From positions 30,778 through 94,777 of the IMG/VR virus record IMGVR_UViG_3300021963_000067: DNA of 64,000 bases; one strand, 5' to 3'. Source of the stretch: a virus. Positions within the stretch are counted from its first letter, which is position 1. The number at the start of each line of letters is the position of its first letter. A program made the translations under genes and the position numbers. Under the pieces are notes generated by a model that saw nothing but the letters and a program-made list of their open reading frames with translations, had not been told where the DNA came from and ran no database searches. Shown one piece after another: positions 1 to 9,563 of the stretch.

Positions 1-143
1 AACCAGTAGCGGAAGTTGTGCTTCATTTGAGCCCGGGTGGTCCACTCATCCCATTCTTCTGCCGTGCCTGCGCCTAGCTTTTTAGTGCCACGAAGCCAGT
101 CTGCAAATGGAGAGCATGACCAATAATTTGAGTGGTGTGCCAT
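1..143 (-). CDS. Hypothetical protein, partial (MAHHSNYWSCSPFADWLRGTKK..., runs off window edge)
   Basis: ATG at 143, open to position 1; consensus promoter directly upstream. Confidence 0.7.
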   Translation of the reverse strand, partial: MAHHSNYWSCSPFADWLRGTKKLGAGTAEEWDEWTTRAQMKHNFRYW

Positions 144-173
144 AGTAGTATATTTTCTCTGTTGAACACTTTA

Positions 174-202
174 ATTATACTATCTTTCTAGAAACATGTC
201 AA
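174..202 (-). promoter_or_regulatory. Sigma70-type promoter
   Basis: TTGACA-17 nt-TATAAT on minus strand. Confidence 0.85.
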
Positions 203-219
203 GATGATTCTCTTTTGAC

Positions 220-603
220 TCAAAACTTTTTTTGGTAGCCTGCCAAATTGAGCATGATCGAATACTGTTCGTAAGCCTTTTGGACAGCAACATTAGTATG
301 TCTAAAGTTGGCTTCTTCGCGTTCTTTGTCCATTAGTGTTTGAAACATATCAATCTCTCCGGGTCTATGTTGCTGCCATTTGAAAAATCGCTGTTCCATT
401 TCTACCAATGCACGTAGGCGGCCCTCGGGTATTTCTAGAGTGTAGACTTTTTCCGTTTCGTATTCTACAACATCGTTTCGAATAAGATCAGCACGACTGG
501 GATCTGTGAAAAATTTAGGGGGATGATATCTTGCTCTACGCTTAGAATCGTTTAGTACACGAACTTCGTAGTTGTTGCAAAATTGATCTAATTCTTTAGA
601 CAT
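220..603 (-). CDS. Hypothetical protein
   Basis: 127-aa ORF overlapping the thyX stop. Confidence 0.75.
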   Translation of the reverse strand: MSKELDQFCNNYEVRVLNDSKRRARYHPPKFFTDPSRADLIRNDVVEYETEKVYTLEIPEGRLRALVEMEQRFFKWQQHRPGEIDMFQTLMDKEREEANFRHTNVAVQKAYEQYSIMLNLAGYQKKF

Positions 604-1267
604 TTTGCAATAGACTTTCTGCTAGAGGAAACACTGTTGCAATTACTTTAGCACAAGCAACTGCAACTTCTTGATGTTCTTTTTGTGTGCCATTTGCAGA
701 ACGTAGTTCAATAAAATGAATCCACGAGCGTAATGTACCGTTCATATATAGGCGACTTTCAATTAGGCCTTCAGGCAGCACCGCACGGGCCTGTTCTTTG
801 GCAATGCCATTTTTGATGGCCCATTCGTATTCTCGTTGTGCGGCATAGATAACTCGTTGTTGAGCACGGAACCATTCATTTTGTAGGTGTTGATCATCGA
901 CTTCGATACTGTTCTGTCTGTTCTTTGGATCTTGCAGACGGGCTTCTCTTGTGATAAAGTTAAGGTCTTTAGTAGGGTCCGCATATCGTTGACTAAATTC
1001 CTGAAAGCTAAAGCTTCTATGTCGCAAGATTTGTCGGGCAATATCTCTTGTTGTGGTAATTTCGATACAGGCAGAGACCATTTCGAGTGGGCTCCAGTGT
1101 TGATGTTTAACCAAGTATCGAATGAGTTTATCTGACGTCTCTGTGTTGAGTTGGTTGCTAGGGTTAGACACACGGGCGCAATACGCAATGAGTTCCTGCG
1201 CATCGTCGATGCCCAAATTTCTAAATTCGTCTGTGGGTTGACTATATGATAAAAGTTTAACATTCAT
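596..1267 (-). CDS. thyX: FAD-dependent thymidylate synthase
   Basis: ThyX motif RHRSFSFQEFSQRY; HWSPLE, EQARAVLP, LRS...Q.E. Confidence 0.97.
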   Translation of the reverse strand: MNVKLLSYSQPTDEFRNLGIDDAQELIAYCARVSNPSNQLNTETSDKLIRYLVKHQHWSPLEMVSACIEITTTRDIARQILRHRSFSFQEFSQRYADPTKDLNFITREARLQDPKNRQNSIEVDDQHLQNEWFRAQQRVIYAAQREYEWAIKNGIAKEQARAVLPEGLIESRLYMNGTLRSWIHFIELRSANGTQKEHQEVAVACAKVIATVFPLAESLLQNV

Positions 1268-1279
1268 GTTTATTTGCTA

Positions 1280-1828
1280 CTAGGTTAATATATCGAAGTT
1301 GACAACACAGCGTGGTCCCTTTTTAGGAACACCCCCACCGTGATATATTTCTCCATCAAACACAACCACTCGGCCACGTTTGGGAGAAACTGATTTAACA
1401 ATATTATTGTTGTTGTCAAAGAACACAGTATCTCCATCTGCATCGTTAACATAATACAATACTACTGTATGCTTAAAGGGAAAGTCTTGATGTGCCGCAT
1501 AATGTTTTAATTTTGTTTCGTAAGGCAGTATAAGATAAATTCTAGCTACCATTATTTCTTTTAAAACTAAACCAAGATCCTGACAGACTACTTGCGGGAT
1601 TAGTGCAAAGTTATCTAGGTGATTAGATCGATGCGCACTAGATTTTAATACATGAACAAAGGAAAGAGGATTAACACCATCTTCGTTTGCAGTACTTTCA
1701 TACTTACATCGAAGGTCTATAGTAGGATGCATTACTTCATCCTCTATCATTGTTCTTCCTAAAATACTTAATTCAAAATAATCTTGAAGATGTTTAGGAA
1801 TTAAGTCATCATAAATTTTGATATTCAC
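1280..1828 (-). CDS. 2OG-Fe(II) oxygenase family protein
   Basis: HQD...LYYVNDADGDT...PKRGRVVVFDG..YH......R. Confidence 0.85.
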   Translation of the reverse strand: MNIKIYDDLIPKHLQDYFELSILGRTMIEDEVMHPTIDLRCKYESTANEDGVNPLSFVHVLKSSAHRSNHLDNFALIPQVVCQDLGLVLKEIMVARIYLILPYETKLKHYAAHQDFPFKHTVVLYYVNDADGDTVFFDNNNNIVKSVSPKRGRVVVFDGEIYHGGGVPKKGPRCVVNFDILT

Positions 1829-2355
1829 TTAGATTCTTCTTCAATAGGCTCATCAAAACATAAACTTTCCATAGTCTTGTAATGGTCGTAGGCCTTTTTA
1901 AGTGCTTCAAACTTTTCAAGTTTTGCAGGATCAGGAACTAGGATCGATAATCGCTGTTCCATCTTCTTCATAAATTCTTTTAGACTTGCATTACCAATTT
2001 TAATATCGCCACCTTCGGCTATATCGACACCGTCGGCATTGATATTAACTTTGGCGGTATTATTAAGTGTGTACGGTCCGGAATTAATAGTATATGAAGT
2101 ACCACCAGTTCCTGTAGTCCAAGAGGGGTTAATAGTGTGGCAATTAGAATTTGGATTGTATCCAGCTGTTGCACCAATACCACTGTAGTTAATAGATGGC
2201 AAGGTTATTGTACTAATACCCGAATATTGATCTGATCCAGTGCTAGTGAACGTAATAGTATCTAAAGTATCAATCATGGTGCTGGCTTGAGCAGCACCAT
2301 GATCACTTAGATCAATTTCAATATCATCAAACGTGATACTGTCCTTGTCGTTCAT
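1825..2355 (-). CDS. Hypothetical protein (Thr/Ser/Gly-rich N-terminus, helical C-terminus)
   Basis: Likely start MNDKDS directly after the upstream stop. Confidence 0.7.
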   Translation of the reverse strand: MNDKDSITFDDIEIDLSDHGAAQASTMIDTLDTITFTSTGSDQYSGISTITLPSINYSGIGATAGYNPNSNCHTINPSWTTGTGGTSYTINSGPYTLNNTAKVNINADGVDIAEGGDIKIGNASLKEFMKKMEQRLSILVPDPAKLEKFEALKKAYDHYKTMESLCFDEPIEEESK

Positions 2356-2356
2356 A

Positions 2357-2548
2357 TTAGGCCTTGGCTTCTTTGCGGGCGTTCTTTTCTGCTGTAATTT
2401 CATTGCGACGAGCTTTTACACCTTTAGCAACTTCTTGTAGAGCTTTGCGAGCACGAGTACCTGCTGCACCATTGCCTGCGGTGAACTTTGCGTCCTCGGC
2501 TAAGAATGCTTCGAAGTCTGCTTTGAGTTGTTCTACTGTTGTTGACAT
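2357..2548 (-). CDS. Histone H1-like (Hc1 family) DNA-binding protein
   Basis: GNGAAGTRARKALQE motif, basic C-terminus, AAGGAA RBS. Confidence 0.8.
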   Translation of the reverse strand: MSTTVEQLKADFEAFLAEDAKFTAGNGAAGTRARKALQEVAKGVKARRNEITAEKNARKEAKA

Positions 2549-2611
2549 AATGTTTTCCTTATAGTTATGTTCTAATACTTATAAGCCACCTTGCTTGCAG
2601 GGGCTTAAAAC

Positions 2612-2722
2612 TGGTATGGTCGGTAGGTTTCGAACCTACAAAGACTCTGTCTACGACTTTGCCCCGTCCCCTTTCTAGCCTATGGGGCTAGCGGGAGGTC
2701 TGCCAATTCCACTCACGACCAC
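2612..2722 (-). ncRNA. Aberrant Leu-like tRNA with anticodon loop replaced by a ~25-nt structured insert
   Basis: Acceptor GTGGTCG/CGACCAT+ACCA, D-loop GGAATTGGCAGA, perfect T-arm GTAGG-TTCGAAA-CCTAC, long variable region, no 7-nt anticodon loop. Confidence 0.75.
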
Positions 2723-2728
2723 TTATAC

Positions 2729-2757
2729 AGTATATAGTTTATTTTTAGAAAGGTCAA
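2729..2757 (-). promoter_or_regulatory. Sigma70-type promoter for the tRNA-like RNA
   Basis: TTGACC-17-TATACT ending 6 nt before the RNA 5' end. Confidence 0.75.
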
Positions 2758-2780
2758 TGCCAATTTATAAATAAGTGATC

Positions 2781-3572
2781 ATGAAACTGCCATTAGGTAA
2801 AATCCAAAATCTACAAACTCAGTTAGAGAATCATCCTCTTCTAAACGACAACGTTATCAAAGACATAGACGGTCTTCGACTGTTTATGGAACATCACGTG
2901 TTTGCAGTTTGGGATTTTATGAGTTTAATTAAAGGACTGCAACATCATGTGTGCCCTAGCACCACATGCTGGACTCCAGGACACCATATACGTAGTGGAT
3001 CGGCAAGATTGGTTAATGAAATTGTGTTAGCCGAGGAAACAGATATTGATCTCGATGGAGTAAGTTCTATAAGCCATCACGATCTCTACTGTCAGGCAAT
3101 GTTAGAAATTGGTGCTGATGCTAATTTAATAGAAGAATGGGTTGAATCAGTAGAAGTAAATGGATTTCATGGAGCTAAAGAATACTGTTCAGTGCCTACT
3201 GCAAGTCTTGAATTTATGGAAAAAACTTTTGAATTTATTGACTCCGGTGAACCACATGTTATTGCAGCCGCATTTTGTTTTGGAAGAGAAACTGTTATTC
3301 CAAAGATGTTTGCCAGTCTATTAACAAAATTAAAATTAAGTAATTTTGATTGCCCTAAGTTTTTTTATTATCTATCTCGGCACATCGAAATCGACAGCGA
3401 AAAACATGGACCAGCAAGTATAGCCCTTGTTGAGGATTTGTGCAATCATGATCCGGTACATATTCATGAAGCAGAGCAAGCGGCTCTGATAGCTCTTAAA
3501 GCAAGAATTAAACTTTGGGACGATCTACACAAACTAATTCAGGAACAATCGCATTTATATACTCATGACTGA
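2781..3572 (+). CDS. DUF3050 / heme-oxygenase-like diiron protein
   Basis: FMEHHVFAVWDFMSL, LVNEIVLAEETD, SHHDLY, FGRETVIP, RHIEIDSEKHG. Confidence 0.85.
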   Translation: MKLPLGKIQNLQTQLENHPLLNDNVIKDIDGLRLFMEHHVFAVWDFMSLIKGLQHHVCPSTTCWTPGHHIRSGSARLVNEIVLAEETDIDLDGVSSISHHDLYCQAMLEIGADANLIEEWVESVEVNGFHGAKEYCSVPTASLEFMEKTFEFIDSGEPHVIAAAFCFGRETVIPKMFASLLTKLKLSNFDCPKFFYYLSRHIEIDSEKHGPASIALVEDLCNHDPVHIHEAEQAALIALKARIKLWDDLHKLIQEQSHLYTHD

Positions 3573-5035
3573 GGATCACCTATTAGTTCATAATAGTATT
3601 TGCGTAAGAAATTATTCCTCATTTGGCCCAATGCATTCCAATCGATGTCCACAACTTTATATTTTTGATATTCCTCTATATCTAAACCAAAGCTACCTAC
3701 TGACATCAATGACCAAACATTAAGTTTTTGATACTCTTTAGCCTCATTGACTAATTGCAAGCGCCATTCTCTGGCGGTAATTGCATCGCAATATTCAGTT
3801 CTCCACACATACCTACCTTCTTTCATTTCCCAGGTGAAGCCGTACTTTTCTGCATCTCGGTCAAATTCGCTACGATGCTCGTCGTGAGCATCTTTATAAA
3901 CTGTAAGATTTTGCCACACCCACGACGGTATTTTATTTTCCATTAGCCATTTGTTTGTATTTTGACAATCTTCAAACGTTTCGGGCGGTATCCCACAGAT
4001 AAATGCCGAAGTGATTGTAATTTTCTCTTTCCATTTATCGTGATACAATTCTACTAGATAATCTTTTGAACTTCTACCAATCCACGATTTACCAATTAAT
4101 TTAGCAGCGTCTGAATTAAAACTTTCTATTCCAAGAAAAGCTCCCTTAAGACCGTTTTCTAATAACATATCAACTGACTCAGGATATGCAGCCAGTAAAT
4201 CTATTCGTAAATATGTTGCGTAATTAATTTTAAAAGGCAATGTTTTGACCATATCGGTGAACGCCCGAAGTCTATCTTGATCAGCATTGAAGGTATCATC
4301 TAGCATATAGTAGTTGGTAACACCCCAATTTTCGTAATTGCTGATAATTTCTTGTTTAACACATTCCATGTTTCGATTGAAATCTCGTTTACTTTTTCCT
4401 ATATACGGATATCGACAAAATTTACATTTAAAAATACAACCCCTCCCTAATTCAAGGGGCAACGTCTCTGTTGGTTGTATGTAATCATTTTTACTCCACT
4501 GATGATCACATGCTTCTATATCAAAAACTTTACCATCAGGCACTGCAAAACTTTCTCTAACAGTTCGATTGCCTTCAATGATTTCGAATTGAGGATGTGA
4601 AGTATTTTTGGACAAATGATCTAACAATGATAAGACATGCTGTTCTGTATGTCCCAAAAAAACATAATCAAACAAAGTTTTGTTTCTATGCAGTCTGCTA
4701 AAATGAGGAGCTGCCGGACTTCCTACAATTCGTTTAATTTGAGGGTATCTTTTTTTAATTGTAAAAAATACACTTTCTATTTTTTTAATTATTTCACCAT
4801 TTGCTGGATCTTTAAGATCCATCATAACGCCTAATCCAATTATTTTAGTTTTTGGAGTAATATGCGATTCTAATATTTTAATAATTTGGTGTTCAGTAAA
4901 AAAGTGAATGAAGTCGACAACCTGTATATCATACCCGTGCTTTCGTAAATACCAAGCAACTTGATAACTACCCAGAGGTCTAAAAATATTTGTTTTATTA
5001 ACAGATACGCAGCAAGTTAGAAATATAGCATCCAC
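3563..5035 (-). CDS. Radical SAM protein with B12-binding-like N-terminal domain
   Basis: RGCIFKCKFC motif, DDTFN, GIESF, FICGIP.ET. Confidence 0.9.
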   Translation of the reverse strand: MDAIFLTCCVSVNKTNIFRPLGSYQVAWYLRKHGYDIQVVDFIHFFTEHQIIKILESHITPKTKIIGLGVMMDLKDPANGEIIKKIESVFFTIKKRYPQIKRIVGSPAAPHFSRLHRNKTLFDYVFLGHTEQHVLSLLDHLSKNTSHPQFEIIEGNRTVRESFAVPDGKVFDIEACDHQWSKNDYIQPTETLPLELGRGCIFKCKFCRYPYIGKSKRDFNRNMECVKQEIISNYENWGVTNYYMLDDTFNADQDRLRAFTDMVKTLPFKINYATYLRIDLLAAYPESVDMLLENGLKGAFLGIESFNSDAAKLIGKSWIGRSSKDYLVELYHDKWKEKITITSAFICGIPPETFEDCQNTNKWLMENKIPSWVWQNLTVYKDAHDEHRSEFDRDAEKYGFTWEMKEGRYVWRTEYCDAITAREWRLQLVNEAKEYQKLNVWSLMSVGSFGLDIEEYQKYKVVDIDWNALGQMRNNFLRKYYYELIGDPQS

Positions 5036-5077
5036 AGTAATATTTATGAATACTTTTGTTGCTATAAATATTCTATC

Positions 5078-5551
5078 ATGTTCATTATCACTTTATTCGA
5101 ATACATATTCTATTTCGGCCTCTGGACGTTTATTCTATACTGGATACATCGTGTAGGACACCAAGTAAAATTTTTATCAAGTCTTCATCGACAGCATCAT
5201 AAGTTTGTTAGAGAAAATACAATCACTTGGCATTGGTCAAATATATTTTTATTCAACGATAACTGGCCTAGTACATTCGACTTCTGGGTCACAGAAGTAA
5301 TCCCTACTGCAATATTTGTAATAATAACACAACAGTGGTGGTTGGGAATTGGATTTTATCTGTATGCAGCCTTTGTTCAAGAATGGCTAGAACACAATGA
5401 TAATTTTAATTTTTACCCTATTTACACCTCGGGAAAGTGGCACCTACTGCATCACACACAGTATCCATGTAATTACGGAATTGGTACACCGTTTTGGGAT
5501 TGGGTATTTAACACTAATAAAATATTAGATAACGCTAGACATTCGATTTAA
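5078..5551 (+). CDS. Fatty acid hydroxylase / sterol desaturase family membrane protein
   Basis: His boxes HRVGH, HRQHH, HLLHH; NYG...FWDWVF.T. Confidence 0.85.
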   Translation: MFIITLFEYIFYFGLWTFILYWIHRVGHQVKFLSSLHRQHHKFVRENTITWHWSNIFLFNDNWPSTFDFWVTEVIPTAIFVIITQQWWLGIGFYLYAAFVQEWLEHNDNFNFYPIYTSGKWHLLHHTQYPCNYGIGTPFWDWVFNTNKILDNARHSI

Positions 5552-5899
5552 TCTATCTCGAACATTTAGGTAGTCATCAACTGGATATATTTCAATAGTT
5601 CTAGTCCATCCTTTTTCTGCAAAAAAATTCCTTGCTCCGATGCTTATAGGATGATTACTAAACTCATTAAGATCGTTAGCAGTCTTAAAAAGAATATAGC
5701 TTTCCAGTACACATCCATCATTCCTTAAGATTAAAAATCTATCGAGAGCTTTTCCCTGGCGGATAAAATCTCCAGCTAACGCTCTAACTCCTGTACCTTT
5801 TTTACCGGCCAACTGCTCTTCCATATCTTTATAATAAAATTCATCTACGGTTTTTGCGTTTCTATCTTTATGTGTAAGAGTTACTTTTTGCATTATCAT
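5525..5899 (-). CDS. Hypothetical protein
   Basis: ORF coupled to the sulfotransferase by ATGA overlap. Confidence 0.7.
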   Translation of the reverse strand: MIMQKVTLTHKDRNAKTVDEFYYKDMEEQLAGKKGTGVRALAGDFIRQGKALDRFLILRNDGCVLESYILFKTANDLNEFSNHPISIGARNFFAEKGWTRTIEIYPVDDYLNVRDRLNRMSSVI

Positions 5900-6642
5900 A
5901 ATTCTAATTCCTTTAATACGTATTCGGGCAAAGCCGAGTAATGATATTTTGAACAGTGTACTTCTTCTAGAATAAATGTTTTCAATTCGTCAAAATTTGT
6001 AATATATTTCTCGATCGAATCTTCTGTATAATTTACAGAAAAAGATATTTCTTTTTTAAAATAGTCATTAATTTTTTTAAAACTTATATCTTTACCGATC
6101 ATGTCTTCAAGATAAATTTTTTCAATTAAACTAGCATGATGGTGTCCTACATTTTCGCTCCACCAATAATCTCTACAAAGATTTTGAAAAATTACAAAAA
6201 TTCTTCGGCGTTCTCTATTTGATCCATCGTAATAAAACGGCTCAAATCTTTTTGAAGACCCTTGAAAATTTTTGTTATCGATAGCTATCAACATGCTTGT
6301 TAACACTTTCCAGATATTTCTTCTCAACATTAAAAAAATAGATAACTCATTCTCGTTAATAATAGATGATATATCAGTGTGCCACGATAAAAAAGTTTTA
6401 AATCCAAAATATTCGTGCCCATTTTTTTCTTTAAAACTAATCATTTTTTGAGTTATAGCATTATGATCAAACATGTTTGATTTAAATATGTTTGATGTTT
6501 GAGAAATAATCGAAGGATTGAACGGTTCTGAATTTGTAAATTCTGGAATCCAGATATTAGAATAACTATTCAATGTATTACAAAAAAATGTAGTCCCACT
6601 TCTCGGTGTACCTAAAATTATAAAATTTGTTGAGTGTGCCAT
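5896..6642 (-). CDS. Sulfotransferase (Stf0-like)
   Basis: PAPS-binding loop GTPRSGTTF, EPFNP, FGFK, LRRN...S. Confidence 0.8.
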   Translation of the reverse strand: MAHSTNFIILGTPRSGTTFFCNTLNSYSNIWIPEFTNSEPFNPSIISQTSNIFKSNMFDHNAITQKMISFKEKNGHEYFGFKTFLSWHTDISSIINENELSIFLMLRRNIWKVLTSMLIAIDNKNFQGSSKRFEPFYYDGSNRERRRIFVIFQNLCRDYWWSENVGHHHASLIEKIYLEDMIGKDISFKKINDYFKKEISFSVNYTEDSIEKYITNFDELKTFILEEVHCSKYHYSALPEYVLKELEL

Positions 6643-6684
6643 AACTCTATTTATAGTGGGTTTTAATCTGCTAAATATTTTGTT

Positions 6685-7917
6685 ATGAAAATTTTAGTGA
6701 TAGGAAATCGATCAGTGAGCCATCACATGGCGCTACGAATGTCTAAAGAACCCGGAGTCTCAAAAGTTTATCACTACGGAGCCCCTACAAGTTTTCAAAA
6801 AGAAAAATACGTTCCTATTTTAAAAAATAGTGATACATCGGCACTACATTATGCATCCTTGTTAGATTTAGATTTGATTGTACCCTGTAATCCAATCTAT
6901 CAAATGCAAGACGAATATCAATCAACATTTTGTAAATTAAAAATCCCCACTTTGTTTCCGTCAAAACAAAACGGCGAACTAGAGTTTTCAAAAATAAAAT
7001 TTAAAACATTATTGCAAGAACTGGGGATTCCTACTCCTAGTTATCAAGTACTTTCATATGATATACTAATTGATTCTTTTTTTGATATTCCTAGACCATT
7101 TGTTTTTAAATTTGATCAAGATCATCGAGGAGGCTTACAAACAGTTATTGTAAATGATGACAACGTTGTAGACGAATATAGGGTATTAAAAGACTCCGGT
7201 AAACAACGTTTTTTGGAATTCATGTTAGGGGATTTTATAGATCAAAAATTTATAGTAGAAACTTTTATAGATATTGTTCGAGAGTATTCGTACCATGTCT
7301 TATGCAGTAAAGATAATCATGTTTATTTAGGTTCGGCTCGCGACTATAAAAAAAATAATGATGGGGACATTGGAATTAATACTGACGGTATGGGGTCTTA
7401 CGGGTCAGTGGCCGCAGACAAAATTATTGATGAGTATGTAATTAAAATTTTAAATTACCTTAAAAATAACAATAGTGCTTATGTGGGTATAATGTATCTT
7501 GGAGTTGCTCTAGATCATACAGGAATTCCGATGATATTAGAAATTAATACTCGGACAGGTGATACAGAATTTCATAATATACTTCCTCTTATTAACAACA
7601 ATGTATCAGAACTATTCTATAATGCTGCTGTAAATAAACCTTTAGAACCAATAGAGTTTTCTAAAGATAAATCTGTAGCAATTAGAATTGTTAAATCCGA
7701 TGCAGAAAATAAGAATGATTATTTTTTTACAAGATTTAAAAATATTCCGTCGGATATTTGCGCATATCAGAGCGGTATTTTAAATGATAAATTTCAAGGA
7801 GTATTGACCACTACGGCTGCAACTGTAGATCAAGCTAGTGATAGAATTTATTCTTATCTTAATAGTATCAATACATCAAATTTTATTTTTCGATCAGACA
7901 TTGGATATCTTAAATAA
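6685..7917 (+). CDS. PurD (GAR synthetase)-like ATP-grasp ligase, divergent
   Basis: MKILVIG, LEFSK, DYKK..DGD.GINTDGMGS, LEINTR.GD.E, FRSDIG. Confidence 0.8.
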   Translation: MKILVIGNRSVSHHMALRMSKEPGVSKVYHYGAPTSFQKEKYVPILKNSDTSALHYASLLDLDLIVPCNPIYQMQDEYQSTFCKLKIPTLFPSKQNGELEFSKIKFKTLLQELGIPTPSYQVLSYDILIDSFFDIPRPFVFKFDQDHRGGLQTVIVNDDNVVDEYRVLKDSGKQRFLEFMLGDFIDQKFIVETFIDIVREYSYHVLCSKDNHVYLGSARDYKKNNDGDIGINTDGMGSYGSVAADKIIDEYVIKILNYLKNNNSAYVGIMYLGVALDHTGIPMILEINTRTGDTEFHNILPLINNNVSELFYNAAVNKPLEPIEFSKDKSVAIRIVKSDAENKNDYFFTRFKNIPSDICAYQSGILNDKFQGVLTTTAATVDQASDRIYSYLNSINTSNFIFRSDIGYLK

Positions 7918-7933
7918 CTAAAAGGAAATAACC

Positions 7934-8728
7934 ATGACACAAAGAATTTTAATAATGGGTTTACCCGGATCAGGCAAAACTTATCTTGCACAACATATTG
8001 TAGATCATCTACAAGCAGAAAAAAAACGGGTAGGATGGCTCAATGCCGACGATGTACGTAAAAAATATAACGACTGGGATTTTAGCCATGAAGGGCGTAT
8101 TCGTCAAAGTTTACGTATGCGTGAACTAGCAGACAGCATGCCAGATGTTGATTATGTTATATGTGATTTTGTTGCACCATTAGTTGAAATGCGTAATAAT
8201 TTTAAAGCAGACTGGACTATATGGGTTGACACTATTCGTGAAGGTCGGTATGCAGACACTAATGCTATGTTCATTGAACCCGAAGTATATGATTTTCGTA
8301 TCACTGAACAACAAGCAGAAAAATGGGGCGAGTTTGTTGCCGCACATATTATAGATAATCGTAGACGTCCTGTATTTGATTGGAAAAAAGAAACTGTACA
8401 AATGCTTGGACGTTGGCAACCATGGCATGACGGACATCGTGCATTGTTTGAAAGATTGTTGGCCAAGACTGGGCAGGTAATTATTCAGGTGCGTGATGTA
8501 CAGGGCTGGCAAGGAAGTAATCCGTTTGAAGTTGCTAAAGTTAAGAGTTTTATTAAACATGATTTAGATCCGTTATATCAAGGACAATATGAAATACAAG
8601 TGGTTCCTAACATTGTTCATATTGGTTGGGGCCGTGGGGTAGGATACACAAGTGGCGAAGAAACATTTGATGAAAAAGTAACTGATATCAGTGCTACAAA
8701 AATTCGTAAAGAATTAGGCTTAAAGTGA
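7934..8728 (+). CDS. Adenylylsulfate kinase-like domain fused to cytidylyltransferase-like (HxGH) domain
   Basis: GLPGSGKT, NAD.VR, DFS..GR..Q; C-terminal GRWQPWHDGH and ISATKIR. Confidence 0.85.
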   Translation: MTQRILIMGLPGSGKTYLAQHIVDHLQAEKKRVGWLNADDVRKKYNDWDFSHEGRIRQSLRMRELADSMPDVDYVICDFVAPLVEMRNNFKADWTIWVDTIREGRYADTNAMFIEPEVYDFRITEQQAEKWGEFVAAHIIDNRRRPVFDWKKETVQMLGRWQPWHDGHRALFERLLAKTGQVIIQVRDVQGWQGSNPFEVAKVKSFIKHDLDPLYQGQYEIQVVPNIVHIGWGRGVGYTSGEETFDEKVTDISATKIRKELGLK

Positions 8729-8802
8729 ACAAATATCACGTTAGATTCAACACCAAGCATAACGGTAGTTCGTTAGTTTGGAGAATCTTTGACAAAGATT
8801 AA
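8725..8802 (+). pseudogene. Probable 3'-truncated gene remnant (VNKYHVRFNTKHNGSSLVWRIFDKD*)
   Basis: GTGA-coupled to the upstream gene, ends after 25 codons overlapping the convergent SDR stop. Confidence 0.45.
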
Positions 8803-9563
8803 ATGGTAACTAACTCGCCACCGTCGAGATAGATACAAGATCCGTTTATATAACTTGACCTATCAGAAGCTAAAAACAAAACACTATCTGCTACTTCTTT
8901 AGGTTCTAAAATTCGACCTATAGGAAATCTTGCTTTGGCTTTTTCTAATTCTTCCTCTATTGTTGTATTGTTCATTTTACTATGAACTTCTAATTGACGT
9001 GTTAACATATCTGTATTAGTGGCGACAGGATTTACGCAATTAATTCGAATGCCTTTACCGACATAAACGTTGGCCATTCCCATACTGGAAAGAATTAAAG
9101 CTGCATTAGCAGCGCCGCCTGTTAAGTGCGAAGCTACAGCTACCTTGCCACCGTAGCCAATAACATTTACAATAGATCCGGACTTCATTACTTCAAGGGC
9201 TGCATACATTGAATTAATATAGGTAAAAAATTTTGATTGCATTGCATCAAGATAGTTATGAGAGTCAACTTCTAGTGGAGCCACTTTTTTAGCAGCACCT
9301 GCACAATTTACTAATACATCAATAGGACCATTATTTTCTACTGCGTTCTGTACCATTATCGATGCTTGATCTCGATCTTTGAGATCAACTTGAATAATAT
9401 GAACATTTCCTAACAATTTTTTAGCATTGGAAAGATGTTCAATATTTCTCGAAGCAATAGTAACTTTTGCACCTTCTTCTAAAAAAGATTCAGCGCAGGC
9501 AAATCCAATACCTTGACTTCCGCCTGTAATTAAAACGTGTTTATTTTTGAGGTGTAAGTCCAT
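8799..9563 (-). CDS. Short-chain dehydrogenase/reductase
   Basis: TGGSQGIG, NCAG, IRINCVNP, FLASD..SYING...DGG. Confidence 0.92.
   Translation of the reverse strand: MDLHLKNKHVLITGGSQGIGFACAESFLEEGAKVTIASRNIEHLSNAKKLLGNVHIIQVDLKDRDQASIMVQNAVENNGPIDVLVNCAGAAKKVAPLEVDSHNYLDAMQSKFFTYINSMYAALEVMKSGSIVNVIGYGGKVAVASHLTGGAANAALILSSMGMANVYVGKGIRINCVNPVATNTDMLTRQLEVHSKMNNTTIEEELEKAKARFPIGRILEPKEVADSVLFLASDRSSYINGSCIYLDGGELVTI

Noticed and set aside
2612-2722. tmRNA or group I intron-containing tRNA
   Set aside because: No G3:U70 alanine acceptor or tag ORF; the insert is far too short for a self-splicing intron
6685-7917. Bona fide purD purine AMG
   Set aside because: GxGGREHA and GKGV motifs are degenerate and no other pur genes are nearby; kept as PurD-like
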